A DNA stretch of 64,000 nucleotides from Octopus sinensis (Eukaryota): positions 94,364,001-94,428,000 of the forward strand of contig NC_043006.1 of the NCBI RefSeq assembly GCF_006345805.1. The letters are read 5' to 3'. Both the position numbers and the translations under genes were made by a program. The notes below the pieces were generated by a model, which saw only the letters and a program-made list of their open reading frames with translations, made no database searches and had not been told where the DNA came from. Below are positions 1 to 12,704 of this stretch, one piece after another; the stretch's first letter is position 1; every line of letters begins with the position of its first letter.

Positions 1-120
1 GTGATGCATGTACCTGGTGTACCCTTGTCGAACGGGTAGTCATGATGGGTATATTGGGTTTCGTATATTTGTAGCCAAACATCATTTTGATGGTGTGTGC
101 TGCTCTCTTCAATAATAATA

Positions 121-327
121 ATGGTTTCAAATTTTGGCACAAAGCTAGCAAATTTAGGGGAGAGCTTAAGTCGACCCCACTACGCAACTGGTACTTATTT
201 TAGCGATCCCGAAAGGCTGAAAGGCAAAGTAACCTCGGCGGAATTGAAACTCAGAACATAAAGACGGACGAAATGTCACTAAGCATTTTGTACGGCATGC
301 TAACGATTCTGCCAACCCGCCACCTTA
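121..327 (-). mobile_element. tRNA-derived SINE, family B (Deu/Nin-like core), diverged copy
   Basis: Reverse complement matches the family B consensus seen at 9920 and 50978 (ctggcagaa..gttagca head, gagttcaaattccgcc B box, gcctttcatcctttcgggg core). Confidence 0.8.
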
Positions 328-403
328 ATGATAATTACCAATTAACAACGATGGACGCTGTGTAAATATACACTCACATACATTTACACAAACTCATATG
401 CAC

Positions 404-501
404 CAGTGGTTCTCAACCATTTTTTACCTATGGACTCCTTCGATTCCTATTTCACTCAGATGGACGCTCATAGCCGTATGGACACCGGCTGAGAACTACT
501 G
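404..501. mobile_element. Minimal hAT-type MITE (98 bp)
   Basis: Termini cagtggttctcaacc / ggctgagaactactg. Flanks atatgcac / atatacat match at 6 of 8 (possible TSD). Same family as 12119 and 52685. Confidence 0.6.
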
Positions 502-726
502 ATATACATATATACACAAAATCGCACAAACACACTCACACACACAATACGTACAATAAATAACACGATACATTCTTGTGCACCCGATCCCCACCCACAC
601 ATACATACACATATTCATGTACGCACATACACATACTTGTAATAATATGCATTGGCACGCATACTTCCACACAAATACATACCTGTGCAGACATAACATT
701 CAACCACATGCTCTTTCACACGTGAA

Positions 727-1080
727 CACACGCATACATACTTAGATGTACAGTAATTACTCACCATATCGCGGTTCATCTTTCACGCCCTCAGTACAAC
801 GCGGATTTTTCTCGCTTATTACATGTAAATTTATATCGCGGACTCCTCAATATTTCGCGGGTTTCTGCATCCGTTAGGTATTTATATTTTTCTTGATGTT
901 TTATATAGTTTTTTTTTGTATGAACGAACACATACACTCACACATACGCACACACAAACAAACAAACACCCACACAACCACACAGTCGCACACGCATACA
1001 TATAGAGAAAATAATGCAGATAAACGAATGAAACCGCTTCGGTAAGATATACAATATACACGTACATTATATATATATAT

Positions 1081-1121
<41 letters not shown>

Positions 1122-1700
1122 ATACACACACACACATGTGGGGATAAGCAAATAAGGTAGATCAAAATATAAAGTACATTGAATATATGAAATACAAAAA
1201 AAAATGTGTGTATATATGTATACAGTAATCCCTTGCCATATCGCGGACTTCTCAGTATATCGCGGGTTTCTGCGGCCGATAGGTATTTATTACTTTTTTA
1301 GATTTTAATTATTTCTGTGGTAAAATAAGCATTTTCACGCCTAAAAATTAATAAATTTGGAAATAAAAATAGAGCACAGTACTGCTGTGTATAACAGATT
1401 AATTAAAATATATTAAAAGAAAATATGTAGTGTACCGTAGATGGGTAAACAAAGAATCGCACATACTGTATGGGAAACGAAACTCGGGTGGCGAGTGTGG
1501 GGTGGTGTTTTGAATTTATATAAATCATAAGAATAATAAAAAATTATACAGTACAAGACTATACAGTATATAAAATATACAGTACAGGCACACGCATACA
1601 TACTTAGATGTACAGTAATTACTCGCCACATCGCGGTTCACCTATCACGCCCTCATTACAACGCGGATTTTTCTCACTTATTATATGTAAATATAATATA
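727..1700. mobile_element. Cluster of Tigger/pogo-like MITE fragments interrupted by microsatellites
   Basis: TA-CAGTAAT(T/C)(A/C)CT..CCA(T/C)ATCGCGG ends near 750, 1220 and 1611. Blocks 727-835 and 1589-1697 are near-duplicates. Related ends occur at 53716-53922 and ~56390-56506. Confidence 0.6.
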
Positions 1701-1705
1701 ATGTA

Positions 1706-1737
<32 letters not shown>

Positions 1738-1747
1738 TATATATATA

Positions 1748-2739
1748 CTAGCATTATGACCCGTCGTTGCCGGGTCATAGTGCTAGTGCATGTATATATG
1801 TGTACATATTACCATGTACATCTATATATACATCTACACATAAAATACAAAATACAAAGTTATATCTTGATATCACTTGTGATAACAATACTCAAAATAT
1901 ATAACAGACTGGAATTGTAAGCCCGTCTCTTGCAATTTCGACCAATTGTATCTTGTCCTCCCTCTTGTATAGAAGTGTGGCTACAATCCAGCCTACCTCA
2001 ACTTCGAGGGGGAGGGGCATTTTTAATTTTTATCCGGCACGTCCTACATCCCAGATATGAAGGTAAAAATAAAATATTTCCACTTTGCAAGTTCGAGTCG
2101 AGTACTCTCCGTTGACTCGAACCTTGCTTCTATTGTGGCGAATTTACCGCCTCTGGTTAGATATCATTCATAGTCGCACCAAGACACTTTTCGATGGTGC
2201 TTTCCTCCAGGTGTTCAAATCTTCCTTTTTCTCTACATTGTATACTTTATAGACAATAGTCTTTTCTTTAATTTAATTTTTTATTATCCATCTGGACTAT
2301 TCCATTTCTGCACACTAATTTTATTATTAATTTACTTCCATTCGTGTGAAACGACTTATTCCAGTTCAAGTCATTGATGCAATTTTATACCAATTGCTAT
2401 TTTTACTTTTGTTATGTTACAATTATATTATACTTTAGTTTGATTTTAATTATTACTTACTACATATAATTCAATTGTTATTGTTATTTTTATTGTTAAA
2501 GTGAAAGTATTTGACATAAAATAGAGAAATGTTTTTGTTTCACTTTTAACACGTAATACTGAAATAGTGGAGAAGATATGATATTGCTATGGGCTCGCAC
2601 ATTTATTTTTGTCCATGAAACTACATGGACTCTAAGTAAGGCATGTGTAAAATTTGAATGGAATTGGTTATGTAGTTCTCAAGTTTTAGGGAAACCACAG
2701 ACAGACAGACACACATACTCAGTTTTATATATATAGAGA
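1748..2739 (-). mobile_element. Non-autonomous Helitron, family H1, with ~300-bp extra internal segment
   Basis: On the minus strand: A|TCTCTATATATATAAAACTGAG 5' end, GC-rich 3' hairpin GACCCGGCAACGACGGGTC, then CTAG|T. Reverse complement aligns with 32480-33218. Confidence 0.8.
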
Positions 2740-2743
2740 TGTA

Positions 2744-2779
<36 letters not shown>

Positions 2780-2934
2780 AATATTATGTATGTATATAAT
2801 GTAAATATAATATATATATATATAATATATATATATATATACTATATATATATATATATATATACACATACATATAGGTGTTCAGGCGAGTGTACTGGCA
2901 TTGATGTGACAACATTTTAAATATTGTCTGGGTA

Positions 2935-3007
2935 AATGCAGCGATGAAGACTGATGAAATTTACGTTGACAACGTATTTGAAGAGTCTGAAACCTAGGTA
3001 CTGCATT
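2935..3007 (+). ncRNA. Type I hammerhead ribozyme fold, copy 1 (core reads CGAUGA, U4 missing)
   Basis: Same fold as copies 2 and 3 but with a one-base deletion in the core (mutation or consensus error). Confidence 0.55.
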
Positions 3008-3246
3008 ATCCGATTCTGGGTGTCCCAGAGGTAAGACAAGTTTTTCACGCCTTGCACACACGTTTTTGCCAGTATATACGCAGTGAAGCTTTACAATAGC
3101 GTCGTATTTGTATCGACTGCTATTTCCAGTTAATTTTGTGCCTTGTACCACTAATCTGTATTCATATATGTATGTGTGTGCCATGAGTGTGTGTGTGTTG
3201 TGTGTGTGTGTGTGTGGTGTAATATATATGTATGTATATAATGTAA

Positions 3247-3313
<67 letters not shown>

Positions 3314-3377
3314 CATATAGGTGTTCAGGCGAGTGTACTGGCTTGATGTGAACAACATTTTAAATATTGTCTGGGTA

Positions 3378-3452
3378 AATGCAGCTGATGAAGACTGATG
3401 AAATTTACGTTGACAAACGTATTTGAAGAGTCTGAAACCTAGGTACTGCATT
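3378..3452 (+). ncRNA. Type I hammerhead ribozyme fold, copy 2 (intact)
   Basis: Stem I AAUGCAG/CUGCAUU; core CUGAUGA; stem II AGACU/AGUCU with inner UACGUU-GACA-AACGUA hairpin; GAAAC; palindromic stem III ACCUAGGU; GUA triplet with predicted cut after 3445. Confidence 0.85.
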
Positions 3453-3697
3453 ATCCGATTCTGGGTGTCCCAGAGGTAAGACAGTTTTTTCACGCTGTTG
3501 CACACACGTTTTTGCCAGTATATACGCAGTGAAGCTTTACAATAGCGTCGTATTTGATCGACTGCTATTTCCAGTTAATTTTGTGCCTTGTACCACTATC
3601 TGTATTCATAATGTATGTGTGTGCATGAGTGTGTGTGTGTGTGTGTTGTGTTGTGTGTGTGTGTGTGGTGTAATATATATGTATGTATATAATGTAA

Positions 3698-3764
<67 letters not shown>

Positions 3765-3828
3765 CATATAGGTGTTCAGGCGAGTGTACTGGCTTGATGT
3801 GAACAACATTTTAAATATTGTCTGGGTA

Positions 3829-3903
3829 AATGCAGCTGATGAAGACTGATGAAATTTACGTTGACAAACGTATTTGAAGAGTCTGAAACCTAGGTACTGC
3901 ATT
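3829..3903 (+). ncRNA. Type I hammerhead ribozyme fold, copy 3 (intact)
   Basis: Identical to copy 2; predicted cut after 3896. Confidence 0.85.
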
Positions 3904-4777
3904 ATCCGATTCTGGGTGTCCCAGAGGTAAGACAAGTTTTTCACGCCTGTTGCACACACGTTTTTGCCAGTATATACGCAGTGAAGCTTTACAATAGCGT
4001 CGTATTTGTATCGACTGCTATTTCCAGTTAATTTTGTGCCTTGTACCACTAATCTGTATTCATATATGTATGTGTGTGCATGAGTGTGTGTGTGTGTGTA
4101 TAAATTACCCAAACACATTTCATCGCATTCACACTTTTATCGCTACCAGTCACAAGGGCTCATACATACATCTTGCCGGTCATTTTGTGGTTGTTTGACG
4201 GATTGTACCGATCCACCTTTCTATCCTCTGCTTTTCTCTCTACTTTAACCTCTCACCTCACAGATATATATCTCTTCCTGTAGTCATTTGAGGGATGTAT
4301 CTCTACTTTCCTGTCCAACTTTTTGACCCTTCTCCTTTATCACCTCGCCTCCTTGTCTTCTCACTCTTTCGCGCCATCTCATTTGCTTGGCAATCTCTCT
4401 CCTTTTTCAATCACCTGCCCAATTCCAGCGTTAAGCCTAATTCTCTCGCGCACAAACCACGGGTCAGAGTGAAGAAACATTACATTCTACGATCCTCGCG
4501 TCAAATAAACTTTATCAATCTTCCAAGCTCTGTAGTGACTGATGTTTTTCTCGCCACGGACCATCATCAGATTCATTGGATTCCTAATTTTACTATGATT
4601 TAATTTATTTTTATTCCAATTTTAATGAAGCGATATTTTACTTCCGAGTGTGGAATATCTTATGCAGATCCTGTCGTTAAAATGCTTGGAGAAGGTTGTT
4701 ACAATGCTGGCATCTCGCCACTGCATACATCAATACAAGCACACACATACAGACACACACACACACACACACACAAG

Positions 4778-4942
4778 TGCAGGCGAGGGTGTATGATAAG
4801 AAGCTTGCTTCCCAGCCACATGGTCCCGGGTTCAGTCCCACTGCGTGGCACCTTGGGCAAGTGTCTTCTACTATAGCTTCCGGCCGACCACAGTTTTGTG
4901 AGTGGATTTGCTAGACGGAAACTGAAAGAATCCCGTCGTATA
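4778..4942 (+). mobile_element. tRNA-derived SINE family A, 5' half
   Basis: ggttcagtcccactgcgtggcaccttgggcaagtgtcttctactatagc...gacggaaactgaaagaa matches the full copy at 30963. Confidence 0.85.
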
Positions 4943-6075
4943 CGTGTATAAAAATGTATGTATGTATGCATGTACGTATGTATGTACGTATGCAGTTATT
5001 ATGCATGTATGTAGTATATATGCATCTATTTATATATATGTAAGCATGAATGGATAGCACACACACACACACAGAGGCAAACATGCGCCCACTAACACAA
5101 TTTCTTACACATTCTTTCGCATATAGGAACATCCGTAAACACAAAGCCACACATTTTCACACGGTGGAGCCTACATACCAAGCACACATTCACATACATA
5201 TTTTCACACGTGACCAGCTCAATACATCTTTGATCTCAAGCATACACACACATACACACACACATCCTTTATCTTTTACCTTTTTTCTTGTTCCCTTCAC
5301 TTGACTGCGGACATGCTGGAGCATCGTGTTGGTAGGTTTTAACCTGATACTTAACTTTTACTTATTCTATGAATCTCTTTTGCATAACCACTATTTAGTT
5401 AGTTGATTTCTTTTTGTCTGAAAACCCTTGCTTATATAGGATATTTATTCACAAAGCTAAGTGCACAAATCGAGCATATTTTTACTGTACCCGCCCCACC
5501 CCACAAATTGTATTTGTAATGTCCGAATTAGCTGGTTCATTTCTCTTTCAGAAAACCCCAGCTTCTCCAGATTCGTTTTTGTATTCACTCAAAGGGGTGG
5601 AGAAATCAAACAAGTGCACCAATTATTATTGGTATAAATGTGAATTTATAATCTGAGTATTGAAGCAGAAGTTTTCAAAGCAGTTGTCCATATTTATTCT
5701 CTTTCTGACTTTCGAAGACATATTCACATTAGCGAGGCAGCTGACCTATATGACGGTACATACTTCTTTTCATGGAGGTATGTACATATGTATGCATGTA
5801 TGTATGTATTTATGTGTGTATGTAAGTACATGTGTATGTAAGTACATGTGTATGTAAGTACGTATGTTGTATGTAGGTATGCATGTATTTATGTATATGT
5901 ATGTATATATGCATGTGTTTATGTAAATGTATGTATGCATGGATGGGTAGATGGGTGGATGATGTAAGTTCGTATGTGTGTATGTATATGCGTATGTATA
6001 TATGATGTATGTACGTATTTATTTATTTGTGTATATATGTATCTATCTCTCTATCAATCTATGTATCTATCTATA

Positions 6076-6180
<105 letters not shown>

Positions 6181-6879
6181 GTCCGTCTGTCTGTCTGTAT
6201 GTCTATGTACGTATGTCTGCCTCCACACGTTTAAATATGTCTCCATTGTTATTTACATAATATAATTTCGATAAATGTAGAATTCCAGCTGCCTATACAT
6301 TTTTGCAGCAAATGGCTTTAAAAACACATTGACGCGTTGCTGTTGCTGTTGTTGATGATAATGGTGATAATGGTGATGGTGATTGTGATATGGCGGTGGT
6401 GGTGATGGTGATATGGCGGTGGTGCTGTTGCTGGTGCTAGTGCTTTTGGCGCTGTTGGTGACTAGTGATGACGATGATGATGACGAAGAGGATGATGATG
6501 ATGAGGTGGGCGGAAGAAGGGGATGAGAGGACAGGGTTTCACTGTTTATCTTTCCCCATCCAAGCCTACCGCTCGAGTCCTTACCTGCCTTTTATTCACA
6601 CACACACACTGAGTGTATCTAACACAACTTTATTCAATGTGTTCAACCGTTATTTATTGTAATAGGATATGACAGGAGGTTTAGCTGTTATTTCTAGTGA
6701 CAACATCGAGGAGGGTCCTTTACTTTTATATTAGTTTCTCGTTTGTTTTATGTACCAATTTAATTACAGTTCACCAATTATTGGGTTGGAGGAATCGTTT
6801 TTTGTGTCTATGGGTGCTGTATGACGATATTAATGTCATAATACGACGCCAGAGAAAAGAAAATCATATTTTTATAGAT

Positions 6880-7280
6880 GTGGATGTGTGGTAAGAAGTT
6901 GGCTCCCAACCACAAGATCCCGGGCTCAATCTCAATGCGTGGAACCTTGCGCAAGTGTCTTATACTACAGCCGTCCAAACCTTATGAGTGGATTTGGTAG
7001 ACGGAAACTGAAAGAAGCCTGTCGTATATGTATAAATAAGTGTGTGTATGTATGTATGTACATACGTAGTTATGTAAGTATATATGTACGTAACATACAT
7101 GTATACATGCATATCTGTGTGTGTTTTTGTGTGCTTTTGTCTCTCACCACTGCTTGACAACCGGTGTTGCTGTGTTTACGTCCTCATTGTTTTGCAGTTC
7201 GTCAAAGGAAACTGATAGAATAACTACTGATATAATGAGTACTGCGATCGATTCATTCGGCCAAAATTTCTTCAAGGCAG
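6880..7280 (+). mobile_element. SINE family A, diverged
   Basis: Head, internal (TG/TA)n tract and cttgacaaccg...gtgtttacgtcc second half. Confidence 0.8.
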
Positions 7281-7327
7281 TTCTATCTATCAATCGATTT
7301 CTCTGTCTCTGTCGGTCTCTCTGTCTA

Positions 7328-7378
<51 letters not shown>

Positions 7379-7454
7379 CTCTCTCTATCTATCTATCTAT
7401 ATATCTACCATTTTAGCTATTTGTATCGATATTTCTATATCAATCTTCAGACGG

Positions 7455-7635
7455 TGAGCTGGCAGAATCGTTACCACGCTGGACAAAATGCTTCACGTTC
7501 TAAGTTCAAAATCTGTCGAGGTTGACTTTGCCTTTCATCTTTTCGGGGTCGATCAAATAAGCACCCGTGGAACGCTGGGGTCGATGTCATTGCCTTACAC
7601 CTTCCCGAAATTGCTGGCTTCGTGCCAAAATTTAA
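7455..7635 (+). mobile_element. SINE family B
   Basis: gagctggcagaatcgtta...aagttcaaa...gactttgcctttcatcttttcggggtcgat. Confidence 0.8.
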
Positions 7636-7764
7636 AACCAATATCTATATTAAACTATTTATCTGTTCATCTATCTATCAAAAGATCTAATCATTCTGTT
7701 TATCTATCTCTCTGTCCCATTGTGTGAGTGTATATATGTATATATATATATATATATAGTGAAA

Positions 7765-7934
7765 ATTTACAACAGAACAAAGCACGAAGACGGGTGTGTA
7801 AACAACAAACAGATGTATTAGTTTAACGATAGGGAAGTGAGAAAAGTCTTTTGCGTTTTGAGCTACGTCTTTCGACGAAAGGAACACAGAAATAAACAGG
7901 AGAGAAACAGAAAAAGGTCAGTGGCTAGCAATCT

Positions 7935-7935
<1 letters not shown>
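7765..7935 (-). mobile_element. Short PLE pLTR-like repeat (other copies ~19620-19800 -, ~42378-42460 -, ~62760-62915 +)
   Basis: Shared aaacaacaaacagatgtattagt...aaaagtctttt.cgtttcgagcctacgctcttcgacagaaagg block, adjacent to (TA)n. Contains a hammerhead-like motif. Confidence 0.55.
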
Positions 7936-7974
<39 letters not shown>

Positions 7975-9840
7975 TAACTTTTCTTTTTTTTTTCAATCAA
8001 CTAAATGAGCACATTATCCCACAAAAGAGTGTCAAAGTGTACACAAATCTGGAATATATAAATGACGTCATGTATTGTGAATCATGGATAAAAAGCCCTA
8101 AGAGGATTAGCGATAGTAAAGATTGATCTGGAATAGTCAGTAATGACCTCAATGTAGTAATCACATCTATCGAATGACCCCATAATATAACTTTCTAGAT
8201 TTGCTATAGAAAACGAATTGGTATGTGTGTATGAGTGCTAGACAAGAAGTTGACAGAAAGCTGACTAAAAGGGACAGAAACCAAGATATGAATAAGGTTT
8301 ATAGAATGTTTATTGGAAGCAACATTTATTAAAGCAATGTATAATATGGGAATATACCATTATTAAATGAAGCCATCAACCACTGCCGACTCAAGGTTGT
8401 GTGAATCTGTTAGAAATGTTGAGTGTAGCCAAATATGGCATTAGTCAAACAAAATCTTATTGCTTCACGTTTGTCTTCCTCTGTAAAATGGTTTGTTAGG
8501 TGTGCAACGGAAGTTCGCGGTGCTCCTGTTCGTGTTTCGAACATTCTGAAAAAAAAGACCCCTTACCTTATATTTTCATGATATTTTAAAATAAAAATTA
8601 TGGTTAACAAGAGATGATTTGGAAATAAACTAAACGGATCAACTTCCTCGACAGAAGATTTGTTGGCTTGTGCTAAATATAATTTAAAAATTACTATAAA
8701 AGATGTTTTTAACCAGAAAAAAAAATCAAGCCGATATAGAGTGCATAAGGTCCAGTTTGATAACTGAATCTCCGTTTACTAAAAGTGAAGAACGAAAAAA
8801 TTCTAAATATTAAAACTAGAAAAAATAGGCGGGAAAAAGGCAACATAGGGGAAGGGAACCACGTATTTGAAAATTCACCGAAGCCAGTTGCATTATATAA
8901 ACTTATTGACGTGTTTACATTTGCTTAAAGTTTCCGATTTAGCATTGAAATATTATCCTAATGTGAGTGAGGTTTTCAGATTATTTTGTAAGTAATGTAA
9001 AGGTCACGCATTTACATAAGGCCTGTATCTTTCATTAACCATACAGATCTTATTATGTTTAGCTTTGTCATTCATCCTTTCGGTGCCGATGAAAAAGTAC
9101 TGATCCATGGCGCCAAATTAGCGAACCAACAGAACCTCGAAGCGGATGCCTTCCGGTGTTTCTTCATTTTGTTTGCTGTTCAATTTCAAATCTCCTCACT
9201 GCTTACATTTGCTGGCAAATTCACTCGGTTTCCCACCACCATCTGACCGTTCGGATGTCTTCAGCAGATTGATTCTACTCTGTTGCGAGCATTCGGATCA
9301 GAACTCCGACTATTCTCAAAAATCCTGTAAATGGATCATGAGTGTCTCCTTTCCTTCCGACTATAAGATTTAAAAAAACGTTGTATTGCATTACGTTTCT
9401 CAATGACGTGGGAGGGAAGGGTGCGAACTACAAGTTGGTGCCAAGTTTCTGAGTTTGCTGATTTAACCTCGGCTTCGTATATAACGGCCTCTGCATTTCA
9501 GGATCCATTCAGCGGAAAGTAACGATTGCGACTGCATGTTGGGGAGGCATATGTGACTCAAACAGCTTAATGTGAGTAGTGCAAGAGAAACTAATTTTAT
9601 AGTTATGTCCACTGAAAAGTTTGACACTATCTGTGACCAGGGGGAAAGTGCTGGTCTATCAAACTCAAAGCATTTTGCTGGAAAACACGTGGAGCCAGAT
9701 TCCGACGCACACGTACATATACATATATAAATAAATACACCCACAAAACACACACACAAGATTGCCGTCCCGTGACGTAATGTAAATAAGTATGTGGTAT
9801 GTGGATATCTATATATATAATATATATGTAGATATATATA

Positions 9841-9915
<75 letters not shown>

Positions 9916-9919
9916 TTAA

Positions 9920-10150
9920 GGCGGCGAGCTGGCAGAAACGCTAGCGCGCCGGGCGAAATGCTTAGTGGTATTTCGTCTGTCGTTGTGTTCTGAGTTCAAA
10001 TTCCGCCGAGGTCGACTTTGCCTTTCATCCTTTCTGGGTCGATAAATAAAGTACCAGTTTCGCACTGGGGTCTATGTAATCGACTTAATCCCTTTGTCTG
10101 TCCTTGTTTGTCCCCTCTGTGTTTAGCACCTTGTGGGTAGTAAAGAAATT
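9920..10150 (+). mobile_element. SINE family B, full-length, next to (TA)n
   Basis: A-box-like TGGCAGAAACG, B box GAGTTCAAATTCC, core gcctttcatcctttctgggtcgat, tail cttgtgggtagtaaagaaat. Confidence 0.9.
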
Positions 10151-11143
10151 TAATATATATATATATACATGAACCCACACTAACCTAAACAAACACCAAT
10201 TATCATCTAAAGTTGATTGTTTGTATATTTTTGTCTTATCAGTTAATTAGTTTATTTAGCTGACTCCACACTGTTTTCTTTCTTTCCTTCCATTTTCTAT
10301 AATTTTTTTAACATCCCAATTATGAACTATTCTCATCCGATGTTATTTTATCTTCTGGTTGTTGTTGTTGTTGTTCTTGTTGTTGTTGTCGTTCTTGTAG
10401 TCATTGTTCTTTGGTACAAAATCCTTGAAAACTGAGTACATACGAACTGAATCAGCAGTTGGTTGTGCAGACGTTTCTGACATTACAGCCTGGTAGATTA
10501 TTAAGTGATTGCATTATGAAGATGCTTGCATGTGATTGCAGTGAAATTGGTTGCGAACTACTATTTAATGGCTCACGCATTAGTTTCTTCTCGTCTAGAT
10601 AATACACACACACACACACACACACATATATATGTGAAACTCAGTGTAACAGGTTTTGTTGAATTTTCTGCTGCTTTTAAATAAAGTATATATATATATA
10701 TGTATAAAAATTATATATAAAAATACAAAATGGAACAAGAACGCAAAACACACAAAGAGACGACACAAAAAACGGACGGGTCATTCGAAGCCTCTAATCT
10801 TCAGTCAGGAATCGAATCATCCTAGCAATTTCGGCTGATTAATCCTGATATCGCTCCGATCCGGCCAGCCCCAAGGAAAAACTAAGCTGCAAGCATTAGA
10901 TTTCTAGGTAAAAGTATCGAACGTATACGAAACAAGGAGAGAAAAACGGACGATGCCACACGAATATAAATACAAGAAACAAAAATAAATAACAAGAATA
11001 GTAATAACAGGACAAAAACAGCGGTTGTCTTACGACTTTAGACAGTTTAACTTATCTTAGCTGGCGTATTTTGAAATGAATGCCTTTGCGGCAGACGATA
11101 TATATATATATATTATGTGTGTGCGTGTATATATACATAAATG

Positions 11144-11191
<48 letters not shown>

Positions 11192-11534
11192 AGAAAGTAT
11201 ACAAGAAAGTGTGAATATGTCCTCTCGAACTGGTCTAACGACCCTCCATGTTTGTTTTCGTTCGGTTTCCTTGTGTCTCCACTGTCCTGTTTTTGTTCCC
11301 AACTTTGACCCTCTATGAATCCTAAATTTTATTCTAGAATTTATGATAGCAACTGTCTTTGAAGACTCATATTGTCGTTGAATGCTCGAAATGAGGAGTA
11401 GATAGACAGCCGATGAAGGGTCCTCTCTCTGTGTTTACTTGTCCTGTTTTCCATTTGTTCTCTCGTTGTTTACGTATTTCAAGTTGTTTGCACAGTTGGT
11501 GACGTCCGTACCCATATATGCATATATATGCAGT

Positions 11535-11586
<52 letters not shown>

Positions 11587-11622
11587 CAGAAAGAGAGAAA
11601 GAGAGAGAGAGAGAGAAGGGAG

Positions 11623-11698
<76 letters not shown>

Positions 11699-12364
11699 TG
11701 ACAGACAGACAGATATATTTAGATAAAGAAATATTTCCCTTTGTAAACAATTATACTTTAGGAGGTTATTTCAACAAGGCTGAAATACGAATACAATTTT
11801 CTATAATTATAACCTAAATTTATGCACTTATTTATACATTTTGGCCATACAAGTTTTTTTGTTTACCCCGCATTATAATTTTCGCATTTATATGTACGAA
11901 AACGAAAGATCACCAATGAGGTTAAACTGGAACAACAGCAATATTCACTTCTGCATAATAGTAAATTCAGCTAATCTATGTGATGGGAGATGTGTCTACA
12001 GAGAAAATTAGGTCAGCTCCGTTTCGTAAGTTCAAAATTAGTTCAAAATAATATGTTCCATGAGTATGTTCCTCTCCTCGCTCAAACGGAAGCCAGGAAA
12101 ACCGAAGAGATATTAGATCAGGGGTTCTCAACCATTTTTTAATCTATGGAACACTTTGATAACTGTTCTACTTTGCTGGACCCCAATAGCTATTCTATGT
12201 TTAAAATCTAGTTTTATAGAAACTTCTTTCAAAATTCTTATCTTGTTTTTCACACATTAACTGGTATAGGTAGAACTACGTAAAACGTTAGAGAAAGATT
12301 CCTTGCTGTTTCTTTCAATACATACTTATAAATATATCGAAAGTAAAATATTTTTAGAATTATG

Positions 12365-12704
12365 GAGATGTACCTTCATAGCAAGTGACTTGATCTGAGA
12401 TCGTGTGCTGGAACGAAAACAATTGCAGCGTGGAAGGTGTTACTAAGCCATTTTAAGAAACACACAAAAACCGTTAGACTCACTTCAACATTTAAATTTA
12501 ATTTGACAAAATATTTTCGTCGCTTTGAGACCGCGACCTGTTCACTGACAAAACTGTTCACTGACAGCACGAAGTTTTGTCAGTGAACAGGTCGCGGTCT
12601 CAAAGCGACGAAAATATTTTGACAAATTAAATTTAAATGTTGAAGTGAGTCTAACGGTTTTTGTGTGTTTCTTAAATGGCTTATAAACACCTTCCACGCT
12701 GCAA
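12365..12704. mobile_element. Inverted (fold-back) PLE-like insertion; arms 12423-12555 and 12573-12704
   Basis: ~132-bp near-perfect inverted arms. Absent from the sister MITE copy at 52685. The 13-mer ctgttcactgaca is duplicated at the inversion junction. Confidence 0.65.
12576..12626 (+). ncRNA. Hammerhead ribozyme fold with G3:C8 core (GUGAACA)
   Basis: Stem I UUUGUCA/UGACAAA; core GUGAACA plus one G; stem II GUCGC/GCGAC; GAA; palindromic stem III AAUAUU; UUU triplet. Confidence 0.6.

Larger units (their letters stand above)
2761..4098 (+). repeat. Three head-to-tail copies of a ~445-451 bp unit (about 300 bp complex sequence plus (TG)n/(TA)n)
   Basis: The anchor catataGGTGttcagg recurs at 2877, 3320 and 3771. 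Copies are near-identical apart from single-base indels and microsatellite length. Confidence 0.95.

Noticed and set aside
2882-4118. 207-aa and 170-aa minus-strand ORFs with repeated blocks
   Set aside because: They are antisense readings of the tandem hammerhead unit; frames shift between copies and run through (TA)n.
9501-9570. Candidate exon between tgcatttcag and gtgagt (one open frame SIQRKVTIATACWGGICDSNSL)
   Set aside because: No recognisable domain and no partner exons; chance splice-like signals are expected in 64 kb.
10780-10850. Minus-strand CTGACTGA...CGAAT motif, and CCGATGAAGGG at ~11422
   Set aside because: They may be PLE-derived, but the stems could not be closed into a hammerhead fold.
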